From Hemiscyllium ocellatum (taxonomy: Eukaryota), in assembly GCF_020745735.1 (NCBI RefSeq), contig NC_083417.1, forward strand, positions 72,416,001 to 72,480,000: a stretch of 64,000 bases of DNA. Direction: 5' to 3'. Under the pieces are notes generated by a model. The model saw only the letters and a list, made by a program, of their open reading frames with translations. It was not told the DNA's origin and did not search any database. The translations under genes were made by a program, and so were the position numbers. The first letter of the stretch is position 1. Every line of letters begins with the position of its first letter. Below are positions 1 through 12,818 of this stretch, one piece after another.

Positions 1-1340
1 CGCAAAATATTGGCATTATGTTTTTCCTGACAAAGCTGTAATGAGGTCTGGAACTGACAGGTCCTAGTGATATACATACAGAGATGCAAATAAAATGTTG
101 GAAGTCAGACTATCTTCAGGCCTCAAGCTTACTGGTGCAAGAGCTGGAGGAGAAATCATTATAGCTGATTCTCCATGTACAAGCCTTCAGTTATAAATTG
201 AATTGAGCATGCACAGTTATGCAGTTCAGCATGATGGTGTAGACAGGGTTTTATTTTACTGTGTTACAAACACAGAACAATTACCTAGTTATTTTTACAC
301 ACTCACAAATGAAACCATTTTTGACTTTGTCAGCAGTTTGAACATTATGGTGGCAGCATGCTTGGTGTCATGGAAACAAACATTGAATTGATGTTCAGGT
401 TGGGTTCAGTCTGGACTGCACAAGAGGTTCAATGACTTTACCAAATAAGAGAACTTTGAGCAAAGGGTGTAGCACAAAGGCAGATGTGTAAATTGTTTTT
501 ACCTCTCTTGAATTAAGGAAAAATATTGTTTTATTTCAAGTTTGAGCTGCGCATTTATTTTCCTGAATGTCTAATGATTTATATCTATCTTGTTTCATCA
601 TTTTATTCTCCTTCTTTGTTGTCCTGTACCTAACAATTCTCGGCTGCTGTTCACTGGTAACAATTGAGCTGCAACTTTGTGTCATCCATCAATGATGTGC
701 ACGCACTCAGCTCTTTCCTGACTTTCAATCATTTAACAACTGGACAGCCTCTTACAATATGTAGAGATTGCTTTCCTATTTATGTTTTGCTTTGCAATTT
801 TTATGAATCTTTTTATGAGACCTTTTCAGTGACCATCTGGAGTACTTGCTTCTTGGGAATTATTTACTATCCTTTGAGATGTACATTGCAGATCCATGGG
901 ACTGTGCAGTTTACATTTCAAGGACATGTTCCATCCACATGGTGTGCATTTCAACAATTTTGTGGTTTAATTAGTGATAGCAACAGATGTGTTTACAATG
1001 AAGAAAGGGATTTAATGGACCAGTTGTAATAAACTGGTTTGCCTGCTAGGAAATTCTCCAGAAAGTCCATAAATCAGCGTGAAGTGATAAATTACTATGT
1101 GGCTCAGATGCTGTTATTAGGCTGCATGCTTTTGAATTGGTTCAAGTAGTGTCAATTTATTTTAATTCAATTTAGGAATTCATGGGCCTGGACCAAAGGG
1201 CACCAATTAAGTTATTGCACCAATCAGCCTTGCGTCTTTGTGCGATGTAACAATACAGGTCAGGTCAAAGTGTTGAATTCGGCTGCAAATGTGTTGCTGG
1301 TCAAAGCACAGCAGGTCAGGCAGCATCTCAGGAATAGAGA

Positions 1341-1376
1341 ATTCGACGTTTCGAGCATAAGCCCTTCATCAGGAAT
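1341..1376 (-). ncRNA. Minimal type I hammerhead ribozyme motif (PLE family 1)
   Basis: AUUC-CUGAUGA-AGGGC UUAU GCUC-GAAA-CGUC-GAAU: intact core, stem I AUUC/GAAU, stem II GGGC/GCUC, GUC triplet. Confidence 0.8.
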
Positions 1377-3023
1377 AAGAGAGAGAGAGCCAAGCAGGCT
1401 AAGATAAAAGGTAGGGAGGAGGGACTGGGGGGAGGGGCGATGGAGGTGGGATAGGTGGAAGGAGGTCAAGGTGGGGGTGATAGGCCGGAGTGGGGTGGGG
1501 GCGGAGAGGTCAGGAAGAGGATTGCAGGTTAGGAGGGCGGTGCTGAGTTGAGGGAACCGACTGAGACAAGGTGGGGGGAGGGGAAATGAGGAAACTGGAG
1601 AAATCTGAATTCATACCTTGTGGTTGGAGGGTTCCCAGGCGGAAGATGAGGCGCTCCTCCTCCAGCCGTCGTGTAGTTGTGTTCTGCCGGTGGAGGAGTC
1701 CAAGGACCTGTATGTCCTCGGTGGAGTGGGAGGGAGAGTTAAAGTGTTGAGCCATGGGGTGATTGGATTGGTTGGTTCGGGCGGCCCGGAGGTGTTCTCT
1801 GAAGCGTTCCACAAGTAAGCGGCCTGTCTCACCAATATAGAGGATGCCACATCGGGTGCAGCGGATGCAATAGATGATGTGTGTGGAGGTACAGGTGAAC
1901 TTGTGGCGGATATGGAAGGATCCCTTGGGGACTTGGAGGGAAGTGAGTGTGGAGGTGTGGGCGCAAGTTTTACATTTCCTGCGGTTGCAGGGGAAGGTGC
2001 CGGGGGTGGAGGTTGGGTTGGTGGGGGGTGTGGATCTGATGAGGGAGTCACAAAGGGAGTGGTCCTTGCTGATAGGGGAGGGGAGGGAAATATATCCTTG
2101 GTGGTGGGGTCCGTTTGGAGGTGGCGGAAATGGCGGCGGATGATACGTTGTATGTGGAGGTTGGTGGGGTGGTAGGTGAGAACCAGTGGGGTTCTGTATT
2201 GGTGGCGGTTGGAGGAGCGGGGCTCAAGGGCGGAGGAGCGGGAAGTGGAGGAGATGCGGTGGAGGGCATCGTCGATCACGTCTGGGGGGAATCTGCGGTC
2301 CTTGAAGAAGGAGGCCATCTGGGCTGTGCGGTGTTGGAATTGGTCCTCCTGGGAGCAGATGCGGCGGAGACGAAGGAATTTGGAATATGGGATGGCGTTT
2401 TTACAGGGGGCAGGGTGGGAGGAGGTGGAGTCCAGGTAGCTGTGGGAGTCAGTCGGTTTATAATAGATGTCTGTGTTGAGTCGGTCGCCCGAGATAGAAA
2501 TGGAAAGGTCTAGGAAGGGGAGGGAGGAGTCTGAGACAGTCCAGGTGAATTTCAGGTCGGGATGGAAGGTGTTAGTAAAATTGATTAACTGTTCAACCTC
2601 CTCGTGGGAGTACGAGGCAGCGCTGATACAGTCATCGATGTAGCGGAGGAAAAGGTGGGGGGTGGTGCCAGTGTAGTTGCGGAAGATGGACTGTTCCACA
2701 TATCCTACGAAGAGGCAGGCATAGCTGGGGCCCATGCGGGTGCCCATGGCAACTCCTTTAGTTTGGAGGAAGTGGGAGGATTGAAAAGAGAAGTTATTCA
2801 GGGTGAGGACCAGTTCAGTCAGTCGAAGGAGGGTGTCAGTGGAAGGGTACTGGTTAGTGCGGTGGGAAAGGAAGAAGCAGAGGGCTTTGAGTCCTTCGTG
2901 ATGGTGGATGGAGGTGTACAGGGACTGGATGTCCATAGTGAAAATAAGGCGTTGGGGACCGGGGAAGCGAAAATCCTGGAGGAGGTGGAGGGCGTGGGTG
3001 GTGTCCCGAACGTAGGTGGGGAG

Positions 3024-3094
3024 TTCTTGGACGAAAGGGGACAGGACCGTTTCTTGGACTAAAGGGGACAGGACCGTTTCTTGGACTAAAGGGG
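3024..3094. repeat. 27-bp tandem repeat (about 2.6 copies) at the PLE 5' junction
   Basis: TTCTTGGAC(G/T)AAAGGGGACAGGACCGT at 3024, 3051 and 3078 (partial). Confidence 0.95.
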
Positions 3095-3328
3095 TGTTGA
3101 ATTGCCTGCTTTCTTCATATTTTCCCAAGAACGTTTCAACTTTATTGGACAGATTTACACTCAAACCATCAGAATAAAAGGAATGTAAATTTTGATGGGG
3201 GAATCTCGTCAGATTTTTCAGATTCTGAACAGAGTTTAATCAGACATGGATTATTTATTTCAATTACTGTTCAATTGATGTATTCATTAAAGACACTTGA
3301 AGTGAGGTTTGTTGTTGTACTTTCCTCA

Positions 3329-4712
3329 TCAGACCATAAGAAATAAGGACAGGATTGGGCTGTTCAGCCCCTTAAGCTTGCTCTGCCATTCGAAAGGAGA
3401 AAAGCTAATCTGACATCCCTCACTTCCATTTTAATTCCCTCTCCTCGAAACCCTTGTTTGCTCAACTGATGAAGGATCGAGGAATCTCAACCTTAAATAT
3501 CTGTAAGGATTCTGCCTTCACAGGTGTCTGTGGCAAAGGGTTCCAAAGCCTCACAACCCTCTGATAGAAGAATTCCTCTTCACTTCAGTCCTAAATTGAA
3601 ACCTTTTCAATCTGTGATGGTTCCCTCTGGTCCTAGACTCTCCATGAACGGAAGCATCCTTTCAGCATTTACCCTATCAAATCCCTTAAGAATCTTCCAT
3701 GTTTCAACGAGATCTATTCTCTGATTTCTAAACTCAAGTGAATACAGTCTCAATCTATTTAGTCTTTGCTCTTACTCACGCCAGACTGTGGATCATCCTA
3801 GTGAACCTTCTCTCTGCTGCAGCCTCTTGTGAAATGGTATATTACCTTAAATAACGAGACCAAAATTGCTCACAGTATACCAAATATGGTCTCACCAGCA
3901 CCTTCCACAGTTGCAGTAAGATTTCCGTACTCCTGTTCACCAAAGCACTTGAAACAAAGGCCAACATTACATTGGCCTTCATAATTGCATGTTAGCTTTC
4001 TGTGTTTCATGCACAGGTACCCTCAAATCCCTTTGTGCTACGGTTTTCTGAAAATTTTCTCTATTTAAATAATGTTCTGTTCTTTGTTCTCCCTTTCAAA
4101 ATGAACAGCTTCACATTTTCCTACATTATACTTTCTTTGCCAGCTTTTTGCCTCCTTACATAACCTCTCAATATCTGTCTGTTTGTATCCCTCTCGCAAC
4201 CTGTCTTTCCATTAAATTTTGTAGCATTTGCATATTCAGCTACTATATTTTCACTTTTTATTTCCAAACCGATAATAAGTATTGTGAACAGTTGCAGTTC
4301 TAGCACTGATCCCTGTGGGACTCCACTGGTCACAGGTCCCCAACTTGAAAAATAATTTCTTATATCAAGTCACTGCTTCCTTCCCATTAGCCAAAGCTCT
4401 ATGCCATTTTTCGATATCCAACATCATGAGCTCTTATCTTACGATTTAACTTTTTATGAAGTAACTTTTCAAACGTCTTCTGGAAGTCCAAATACAACAC
4501 ATCGACTGATTTTGCTCTACGCACTCCGGTTGAAACTGCCGCAAAAACACTTAATAAATTAATCAGACATGATTTGCCTTCCATGAAATCACGTTGACTC
4601 TGCTTGATGAGATTATTATTTTCAAATTGGTCTGCTTTACTTGCTTAATTTATTTCATTATTTTTCCACCATTAAATGTTAGGTAAATCAGTCTATAGTT
4701 ACCCGCTTTTTG
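3329..4712 (-). mobile_element. Decayed CR1-type LINE 3' part
   Basis: Remnant RT peptides KAGNYRLIYLT, LYLDFQKTFEK and TSGVPQGSVL, plus a CR1-like 3' tail. Confidence 0.85.
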
Positions 4713-6021
4713 CGTTTGAATAATGCTGAATTGTATTCCTCTGTTCATCTTTCATCATTTACTTCTGCCTCTCCTCATTGCCTTGTCACCAGATGTTTGC
4801 TTTATTCTTTTCTGATATGTGGACAACTCTGCTTGAGCAAGAATTTATTGCCCATCCCTGGATTCTGTTGAACTGAATCACTGGCGAGGTCTTTTTAGAT
4901 GACAGTTGATAGCCAACCACTTTTGCTATGGGTCTGGGATGTCATCAGTAGACCAGGACTGGTATACAAGGAAAATTTGCTTCCTGAAAGGACATTGATG
5001 AATCACATAGGTGATCATGACATTGAAGACTTGTTACATGGTCACAATTAGGCCAAAATTTTAATTCTGAATTTGTTTTTTATTGAATTGAAATTTCACC
5101 AACTGATACAAACTAACATCTTCAGAATATTAGCTGGAACTTAGGATTACTCATCAATGTAGACTTGGGAGTTTTAATACTTACTTAAAATGGGACATTA
5201 TTGGATTACTCATTGTTCATGAAAGATTCCTGAAATGAAGGAGCTGTTTAATCAGGGGGGTTTGTGCAGGTTGGACAAATGTCTTTGGAGATATCAAAAA
5301 TTAAAGTAGATCAACTTGAAACAGCTAAGCAGATTTTACAGGCTAAAGACCAGAAAGATATTTCCACATGTGCTTAAGTCTAAAACCAAGGGTTTTTTTT
5401 TAAAGGGTTTTTTCCTGTGTAACACTGAAATAAAGAAAAAATGTTCCTATTCCAGCAGGTGATTGAACTTTAACATTCTCTTCCCTAGCAGCTAGTTGTA
5501 GCTGGGCCATAGAATATATTCAGAATGTAGATATTGCATACACTCGGCAGATATTTGATGGACATGAGAGTCGAGGGATACAATGTGTGAGATGGTGTGA
5601 CACAGGCAAGAAATTTCAGTGAAGCACGCAATAATCTGAATACATGCTAGAGAAAGTTCAAGAGTTCAAGTGTCTATCACTTCTCCTTGTCATGATTTTC
5701 TAATGCTTACCCAAGAAATATTCAGTAACTTCAGTTTACTCACAAATGAAGTTGTTGAGATGATGATCATTCGTGTTCAAGAAGAGCATGATATAGAAAG
5801 GATTATAATGATTTGTAGACATGCTTATTTGAAGAATGATGAGAGCAGTTTCTCATAGAACATAAATGCTGTCAGATGAATCAAGACGATTGAACTGTCA
5901 TGCTGTGCTCTTACTGTGAAAAACGTTATATTTTATCATGTTGTAGAACTGACCCAACTAATCACCTTCATCTACTTCTAACCAAATAGACAAATGGATT
6001 TCACATTTCATTGGTCCCACT

Positions 6022-6414
6022 TTAAAACTTTGATGAATACTGTACTACTTTGATTCTTTTAAATGAGGCGTAGAATTTAAGATCAGCTGTTCTGCCAATT
6101 CTCAATGTCGTTCTCTCAGTAAATCTTCTGCAGATTCCTTCCATTCCTTTATGTGTTAATGTGCTCATAAATAACCAAGAAATACTGTGCAGGTAGTTTT
6201 TATAATTAGACACTGTGTGATGGACCCTGTGTGACTGGTCCTTTGTTGGACATTGTTGTTGTTTGAACGAATTGGGATTCACCACTTGACTATTTTTTAT
6301 CTTGATCTTTGCATATTCCAGTCCTCTTTTCTTGTTGTTGTTTTTCTCACTTTTGTGGGAAGTGGTGAGTTCCACAGATTCATATGTCAGTTTACCATCA
6401 GTACTTTGTTTAGT
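6022..6414 (-). pseudogene. Terminal ITIM exon (LTYESV, LEYAKI)
   Basis: ttgctccctaag|ACT, phase 0 as in exon 6 of the intact gene. Begins TKQSTDGKLTYESVELTTSHKSEKNNNKKRGLEYAKIKIK and stays open to 6022. Confidence 0.85.
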
Positions 6415-7047
6415 CTTAGGGAGCAACAATGAAAAATCAGTTGCATCTTTTGTTCATATGAAATATTCCATTTTGTCATTGTACATTGTTGAGATTAGAC
6501 ACATATACCTGAGCACTCATAGTTGCCATAATAATACCTGGGCATAGTTGATGGACTCTTCTACATGTCTGCCTTTTACAGATTTGCTGTGGTCACTGAA
6601 ACTAAGAACAGCAAATGAAGAGTTATTTACATGTTTCCCACTCCTGATATGATAATAGATATTTGGGGAAATACCATTTGCATATCACATGCCAAAAACA
6701 CCATGAAGTAATACAAGAACCGACACGTTCAATCCTTACAAGGAGAGAGGTGTGATGGTGTGATGGCTTTCAAGAGGTCATGTTCTACTGTTTGTGGGGC
6801 AGAGAGACGTTGTAAGGCAGAGGTGCCCAGCAAGCTTGGAAGACCACTTGAATAAACAGCTTGCATGGACTTGGGGAATTTTTGAAGTGGGAACAATGGA
6901 AGAAGTCTAGGTGTGGCCAGCTATCACACACCATGCATTCTAGATTTTTGACTTTGGGTTTAGCTTGAAGCAGAAACTATTGGAGTCTTCCTGAATATCT
7001 CTCAACTGCTTATTTTTCTCAATTTAACATTAGAATCCCTACAATTA

Positions 7048-7300
7048 CACATTCTCCCCTTGTCTGCGTGGGTTTACTCTGGGTGCTCCAGTTGCCTCCC
7101 ACAGTCCAAAAATGTGCAGGTTAGGTGAATTGGCAAAGCTAAATTACCCGTAGTGTTAGGAGCAGGGGTAAATGTAGGGGAATGGATATAGGTGGGTTGC
7201 GCTTCAGCAGTTAGTGCGGACATGTTGGGCCAAAGGGCCTGTTTCCACACTGTAAGTAATCTAATCTAATCTAATCTAATCTAATCTAATCTAATCTAAT
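7048..7300 (+). mobile_element. HE1-type V-SINE, 5'-truncated, with (CTAAT)n tail
   Basis: Core gtgtctgcgtgggttt...cccacagtccaaa and tail tttccacactgtaag followed by about 8 CTAAT units. Confidence 0.85.
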
Positions 7301-7301
7301 A

Positions 7302-7607
7302 GAAGTGTGGATACAGATCCTTCAGCTCAACAAGTCCACACCAACCCTCCAAAGATTAAGCCACCCAGACCTATTCCCCTACATTTACCCCAAAGTAATA
7401 TACCTAACCTACACATCGTACAAATTTTGTATGTCCAATTCACCTGACCTGCACATCTTTGGATTGTGGGAGGAAACTGGAGGACTCGGAGGAAACCCAC
7501 ACAGACACGGGGAGAATGTGCAAACCCCACACAGACAGTCGCCCGAAGCTGAAATCGAACTCTGGTACTGTGAGCAGTAGAAACTACTAAGCCACTGTGC
7601 TGCCCCA
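7302..7607 (-). mobile_element. HE1-type V-SINE, tail-to-tail with the previous copy
   Basis: Reverse-complement head (cagtggcttagtag, gttcgatttc), core and tail. Confidence 0.85.
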
Positions 7608-8444
7608 AGTACTCTTGATATTTTTCCTCCTATATTGGAGACCTGCATGTGAGAATCTGTGTCTGAAGGAGGTGCGTTTATGGGACGTTACTATATTAGA
7701 GCAGTGAATTAGTAATATGAACTATATATTGTTCTGCTAAACTTTCTAAGAGTTAAATTATTCTAAATTCCTCTTTCTTTGATTGCATTTTAACTACAGT
7801 GTTTAAATAAATAGTGTTTGTTTAATAGTAGTTTGACTGTCATCAGGAACAGACATTTTACATTTGCCTTTGAAATTTGAAAAAGGTAGCATCTTGCCTC
7901 CCTTCTCAAAATATTTTGAGGGGGGTAGGATCGAATCCATAACAGAGGAATAGAGCATTGTATGTAGGAGATGCAAAGTAGTGGTATACATGTGAGAATC
8001 GCCACATAAGCGGATTAATGGATCCAATATCTGTGCATTGCAATGTTGTTTGCGTATAATTTGCTACTCCTTTTTCAGATTAAATTATTGCCAAATTAAT
8101 TAATAGATCTGAAGGCACTTACTGAAAGTTTAGAATCATCCAAGTCACAACTCCTGAAAGTACAGGAAAAACGCAGTTGGCCTCAGTGTCTCCTGGCACA
8201 GATGGTTATCCTGCCTGAAGTTCTGGGTGGGAATATCAGTTGAAACAGAACTGATCTAGAATAGGATACTTCACATTTTTGAATAGTTGTTTACCGTGGT
8301 CTGAGATAAAGCACTAGAACAAACATCATTGTCTGTGAGAATTGATAAATTACTCGCAAGTGGGTTCTGATGCTGCATTCATGAGGGATTGATTACAATA
8401 GCGTGGGATGCAAAAGAATGAAGTAAAAGAAACGCTAACTCGGT

Positions 8445-8600
8445 GATAGCACAGCAGGTCAAGCAGCATCCGAGGACTCCTGATGAAGTGCTTATGCGCA
8501 AAATTTCGATTCTTCTCTCCTCAGATGCTGCCTGACCTGCCGTGCTTTTCCAGCACCACATTCTTGACTGTGATCTTCAGCATCTACAGTCCTCAGTTTC
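8445..8600. mobile_element. Short PLE-1 tail palindrome with a degenerate hammerhead in the loop
   Basis: Arms gcacagcaggtcaagcagcatccgagga and tcctcagatgctgcctgacctgccgtgc flank CTGATGAagtgcttatgcgcAAAATTTC. Confidence 0.75.
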
Positions 8601-8992
8601 ATCTAACTCGGTAATATTGACAGTTTATTCTGGCATAAGTAGAAGTTGTACTGCTATTGCCATAGTTTTATTATAACTATAATTCCATTTTAAAGCATAT
8701 TCCAATTTCTGATTGCATGAGATTCAAACCTAATCTCTGCTCTTCTTGGAGAATGAAACTGGTATCAACAATAAGAAGTATCATGAACCTAATGCATGAT
8801 GACCAGATTCGATATCAATACAAAATAACACCAGGTTCTACTTATGTATCAGATACGGTCTTTCAAAATGCGCTTTTCACACTTCCTCAGTCAAAGTTGA
8901 TCCTGTTCGCTGTTGCAGAATTAATAATATTTAACCTAAAGCATTCACGTTATCATCGGTCAGTTACTGTAAAAAGCAAATCCACGGCTCAC

Positions 8993-9064
8993 CTTAATAT
9001 TGAGATGCCGACATATTGTTGAGGGTACCTTTTCAGGCTTTGTCAGCTTTTGAGTTCTGAGCCC
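8993..9064 (-). pseudogene. Candidate juxtamembrane cytoplasmic exon
   Basis: ggtttccag| and AAG|gtgagc, 72 nt. Open only in phase 0 (GLRTQKLTKPEKVPSTICRHLNIK, sharing KPE with exon 5 of the intact gene), so it is out of phase with the TM exon. Confidence 0.5.
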
Positions 9065-9205
9065 CTGGAAACCGATTGCTTGTGCAGATATCTGCATTGC
9101 TGTGATTATCTAGACCTGAGTCTGCACGTCACACGGTCTCTGCTACAACACGCAACAATGAATAGATTAAACAAAACAACTAAACAGGGTTGTATCAGGA
9201 CTTGC

Positions 9206-9313
9206 CTCCAGTTTTGTCTGATGCCCATTGCTTGACAAGAATTAGAAACAATAGTATTATTATCCCGCCCACTGCACATCTAGGCATCATGACATAGGGA
9301 AAATTACTGTTAC
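9206..9313 (-). pseudogene. TM exon of the - strand paralogue
   Basis: ccttcgag| acceptor and G|gcaagt donor, 108 nt, phase 1-1. Encodes NSNFPYVMMPRCAVGGIIILLFLILVKQWASDKTG, similar to CLGGGLILFLI in the intact gene. Confidence 0.75.
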
Positions 9314-9428
9314 CTCGAAGGTGCAGAAACAGTTGTACATTTGTATTTTATAGAGAATATGGTTTTAAATGATTACACAAAGTCACACAAAAAAGACAGG
9401 GCAACAAGTTTGCTGCAGAGTATCCCAA

Positions 9429-9749
9429 CAGTGTGGAAACCAGCCCTTTGGCCCAACAAGTCCACATTGACGCCCCCACCCAAATCTGTTCCCCAACCTT
9501 ATTACTCTGCATTTCCCCTGAGTAATACATCCAACCTACACACTCCTGGACACTATGGGCAATTTAGCATGGCCAATTCACCTAAGCTGCATATTTTTGG
9601 ATTGTGGGCAGAAACTGGAGTACCCAGAGGAAACCCACGCAGACACGGGAAGAATGTGCAAACTCCACACAGAGAGATACCCCAAGCTGGAATCTAATCC
9701 AGTTACCTGGCACTGTGGAGCAATGCTAATCACTGAGGCACCGTGCTGC
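9429..9749 (-). mobile_element. HE1-type V-SINE
   Basis: Full head-core-tail similarity to the copies at 10964 and 12501. Confidence 0.85.
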
Positions 9750-10697
9750 CAATTGGTCATGCTCTCTCATGAAGGCTGAAATGCGCACTCCATGCTATAT
9801 TCCATTGGGTTGCATAAAAGGGTAAATTTTAGACTGGCAAAATGTGACAGATGAAAATTCACAATAATTCTCTATTGTTACTCAGGTTCATGGTCCATAT
9901 GTTGTGATCAAGTTTGATGTGCAATTGTGTGCATATCTCTAAATATAATTATATCAGATATGTCCATTAAATTTCATTGAATAGCTTTGTCCAGTTGCAG
10001 AAAATTAATTATTCAAAAATACCCTAAAGGCTGGAGAAATTAAATCATTTTGAAGACAGTGACGATCCATCACTGTTAGCAGGACTCCATTTCCTTTTAA
10101 GGTCGAGGTAGTCTCTTGTACACAGGCCATGACCCTAAAGTGATACAATATAAAATATAAAATAAAATGATAAAGGAAAAATCTATTGACCTTAATGAAA
10201 GGACTGGGATAGTAACTAAAAGCTACATGTACACAGTCTGGCCCCTTCATTGAGGAATGAATGTCTCCTGATGGTTATCCATTTCAAATGTAGAAATCAC
10301 GTTAACTGCGGATTTTTCAAATAACCTGCAGTAAACTATGAACGATAAGATTTTTCTCATCAAGTGCACAGGACTGAGTTGCAGTGCTGAGATAGGCATT
10401 TACCAATAACACGGTAATTAGAACTGATTTTTAATAATTAATTTGACCGTGTTCGTCAACTGATAATTTATTATGTGTCACAGTTTTATATTGCAGGTAT
10501 TTAGTTTTCTGTACACAATCACACCATTTCTCTTACACTCAGCTCACAATATGAACATCCTAACACGCTCATTAGCTCTGATTACTTCGCTTACGCTGCC
10601 AAAGTAAACCTTATGCAACTTTCCAACTGCAGAACGATTTTGGGTCACATCTAAACCGAACTAAATTCTTTCTAAAATTGATCCTCAACAATTCAAC

Positions 10698-10862
10698 AGT
10701 CCAAAGATGTACAGGTCAGGTGAATTGGCCATGCTAAATTGCCCATAGTGTTAGGTGCGTTAGTCAGAGGGGAATTGGTCTAGGCAGGTTACTCTTCGGA
10801 GAGTCGGTGTGGATTGTTTGGGCCGAAGGTTCTGGTTCCACACAATAGGGAATCTAATCTAA
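10698..10862 (+). mobile_element. HE1-type SINE 3' half
   Basis: cagtccaaagatgtacaggtcaggtgaattggcc...gggaatctaatctaa. Confidence 0.8.
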
Positions 10863-10963
10863 TTCTCAGGCCTGCACAGAGGCATGTATCATGAGGAGTC
10901 ATGCAGAAATCTCGACGCAGAAAGTCACTGGAAGCTGTGAAATGCGATGAGCCTGATAGTGAT

Positions 10964-11275
10964 GATTAGATTAGACTTACAGTGTGGAAACAGGCCCTTC
11001 GGCCCAACAAGACCACACCGACCCGCCGAAGCGCAACCCACCCATACCCCTACATTTACCCCTTACCCAACACTACGGGCAATTTAGCTTGGCCAATTCA
11101 CCTGACCCACACATCTTTGGACTGTGGGAGGAAACCGGAGCACCCGGAGGAAACCCACGCAGACACGGGGAGAACGTGCAAACTCCACACAGTCAGTCGC
11201 CTGAGTCGGGAATTGAACCCGGGTCTACAGGCGCTCTGAGGCAGCAGTGCTAACCACTGTGCCACCGTGCCGCCC
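10964..11275 (-). mobile_element. Full-length young HE1-type V-SINE
   Basis: tRNA-derived head with A box TGGCACAGTGG and B box GGTTCAATTCCC, central core and GATTA-type tail. Confidence 0.92.
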
Positions 11276-11550
11276 ACAAATGTTTAGTGGTTCCAAAACG
11301 TAGCTGTTCAAACATTAGTAACTCAGGCCAGGAGAATGAAATCCATTAGCCACGAAATGTATAGTCTGAATTCTAAGTCATACCACTAAATTTACGTCGC
11401 AACATGTTGTCAGATATCTTTCTAAATAATAAAAAAAAAGAAAATAGAGTGGCGCTTTTCATGTCATGTGTTAAAATGGTTCACATAGGTCGCAAGGCAT
11501 CACACAAAACTAGGAACAAGGAAACAGTATTAAATGTTCACATCTCTCAC

Positions 11551-11847
11551 TCTGGATCGTGTAGCTGACACTAACTGGGAGCTGGAGGGCTGTGTGGGAA
11601 ATCCAGCACATATCAACCTATCCACTCTCCAGATGATTGAGAACGCTGAAAACTTTAAATAAACTCCCTTCTTTTCATACTTTCGTGGCGTTGATCTCAG
11701 ATGTAATTAGGATATCATTTTTACACCAAAAGATGTGAATTTCCTCTTGGAAAAAATGAGCTGTCGTGAAAAGGTTCGCCCCGCTGAACAGAACATGTTT
11801 GTTTTCATTCTGTGTCATAATCAAAAGTTTGTGAGAAATAATTATAC
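11551..11847 (-). pseudogene. Degenerate C1 exon
   Basis: NLFTTAHFFQEEIHIFWCKNDILITSEINATKV*KEGSLFKVFSVLNHLESG*VDMCWISHTALQLPVSVSYTIQ aligns with the C1 exon at 29817. Donor is A|gtgaga; the acceptor position is uncertain. Confidence 0.85.
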
Positions 11848-12500
11848 CTTGCAATGCCGTTACCTGGACAAAGTTGATGTTTATGGGAATGTAGAAATAT
11901 AGAGGAATAAGTGCTCGTGAGAACTGCATCCAAAGACTGAACAAACACACCCGAGTATTTCCATCACAAGGAAATACTTGTGGAGTTTGAAATCATCGAC
12001 CAGGCGCATTCTGATTAACTGAGCTTTAAATTGGGTTCCAGTCCGTATACGGTGGCTTCCATCAATGAGCATTTGTATGAAGACAAGTGATTAAGAAGAC
12101 CATTTCGACACTGAATTAATTTGTTTTGAAAATATTACACCTTCTTAGGAAGGGTTTGTCGACTGCTGAACTGAAAATGAGGTGGGGTTCAGCCTACAGT
12201 GTCTGTTGTTCAAACGATCTAATTTCTCAACTCTTTAGAATATTTTTCTATAATTATTGTTCTGTCATTGGCGCAAGGAGATTTATTACACCTTCTGCCG
12301 TTTCCCTTGAGAAGATAGTGGTGGAGTTGACTTCTTGAACTGCTGTAATCCATTTGTCTAATGCCATTAAGGAGGGAAATGCTGGATTTTGACCCAGTGA
12401 CACTGAGGGAATCGTAATAGATTGTAATCTGTATTTTCAAAGATTCTTGGTGTATATAATGAATTTCTGAGACTTTGTCCCAACATGAGGCTTTTTTTTA

Positions 12501-12818
12501 AGACTTAGACTTAGACTTAAAGTGTGGAAACAGGCCCTTCGGCCCAACAAGTCCACACCGACCCGCCGAAGCGCAACCCACCCATACCCCTACATTTACC
12601 CCTTTTACCTAACACTATGGGCAATTTAGCATGGCCAATTCACCTGACCCGCACATCTTTGTGACTGTGGGAGGAAACCGGAGCACCCGGAGGAAACCCA
12701 CGCAGACACGGGGAGAACGTGCAAACTCCACACAGTCAGTCGCCTGAGTCGGGAATTGAACCCGGGTCTACAGGCGCTGTGAGGCAGCAGTGCTAACCAC
12801 TGTGCCACCTTGCCGCCC
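12501..12818 (-). mobile_element. Full-length young HE1-type V-SINE
   Basis: Nearly identical to 10964-11275, with an (AGACTT)n tail. Confidence 0.92.

Larger units (their letters stand above)
1262..3094 (-). mobile_element. Penelope-like element family 1, 5'-truncated, RT + GIY-YIG, frameshifted
   Basis: RT motifs TMDIQSLYT, QTKGVAMGTRMGPSYA and FLRYIDD in ORF 1611-3164. The C-terminal endonuclease part (ERFREHL...QHFNSPSH...EERLIFRLGTLQPQG) is in another frame. Hammerhead motif in the 3' tail. Confidence 0.92.

Noticed and set aside
664-1029. 121-aa + strand ORF
   Set aside because: No recognisable motif. The opposite strand has a DDTKL-like remnant suggesting a decayed LINE.
1618-3062. 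Numerous Gly/Val/Glu-rich + strand ORFs, and similar antisense ORFs over other elements
   Set aside because: Antisense or off-frame readings of PLE and CR1 coding sequence.
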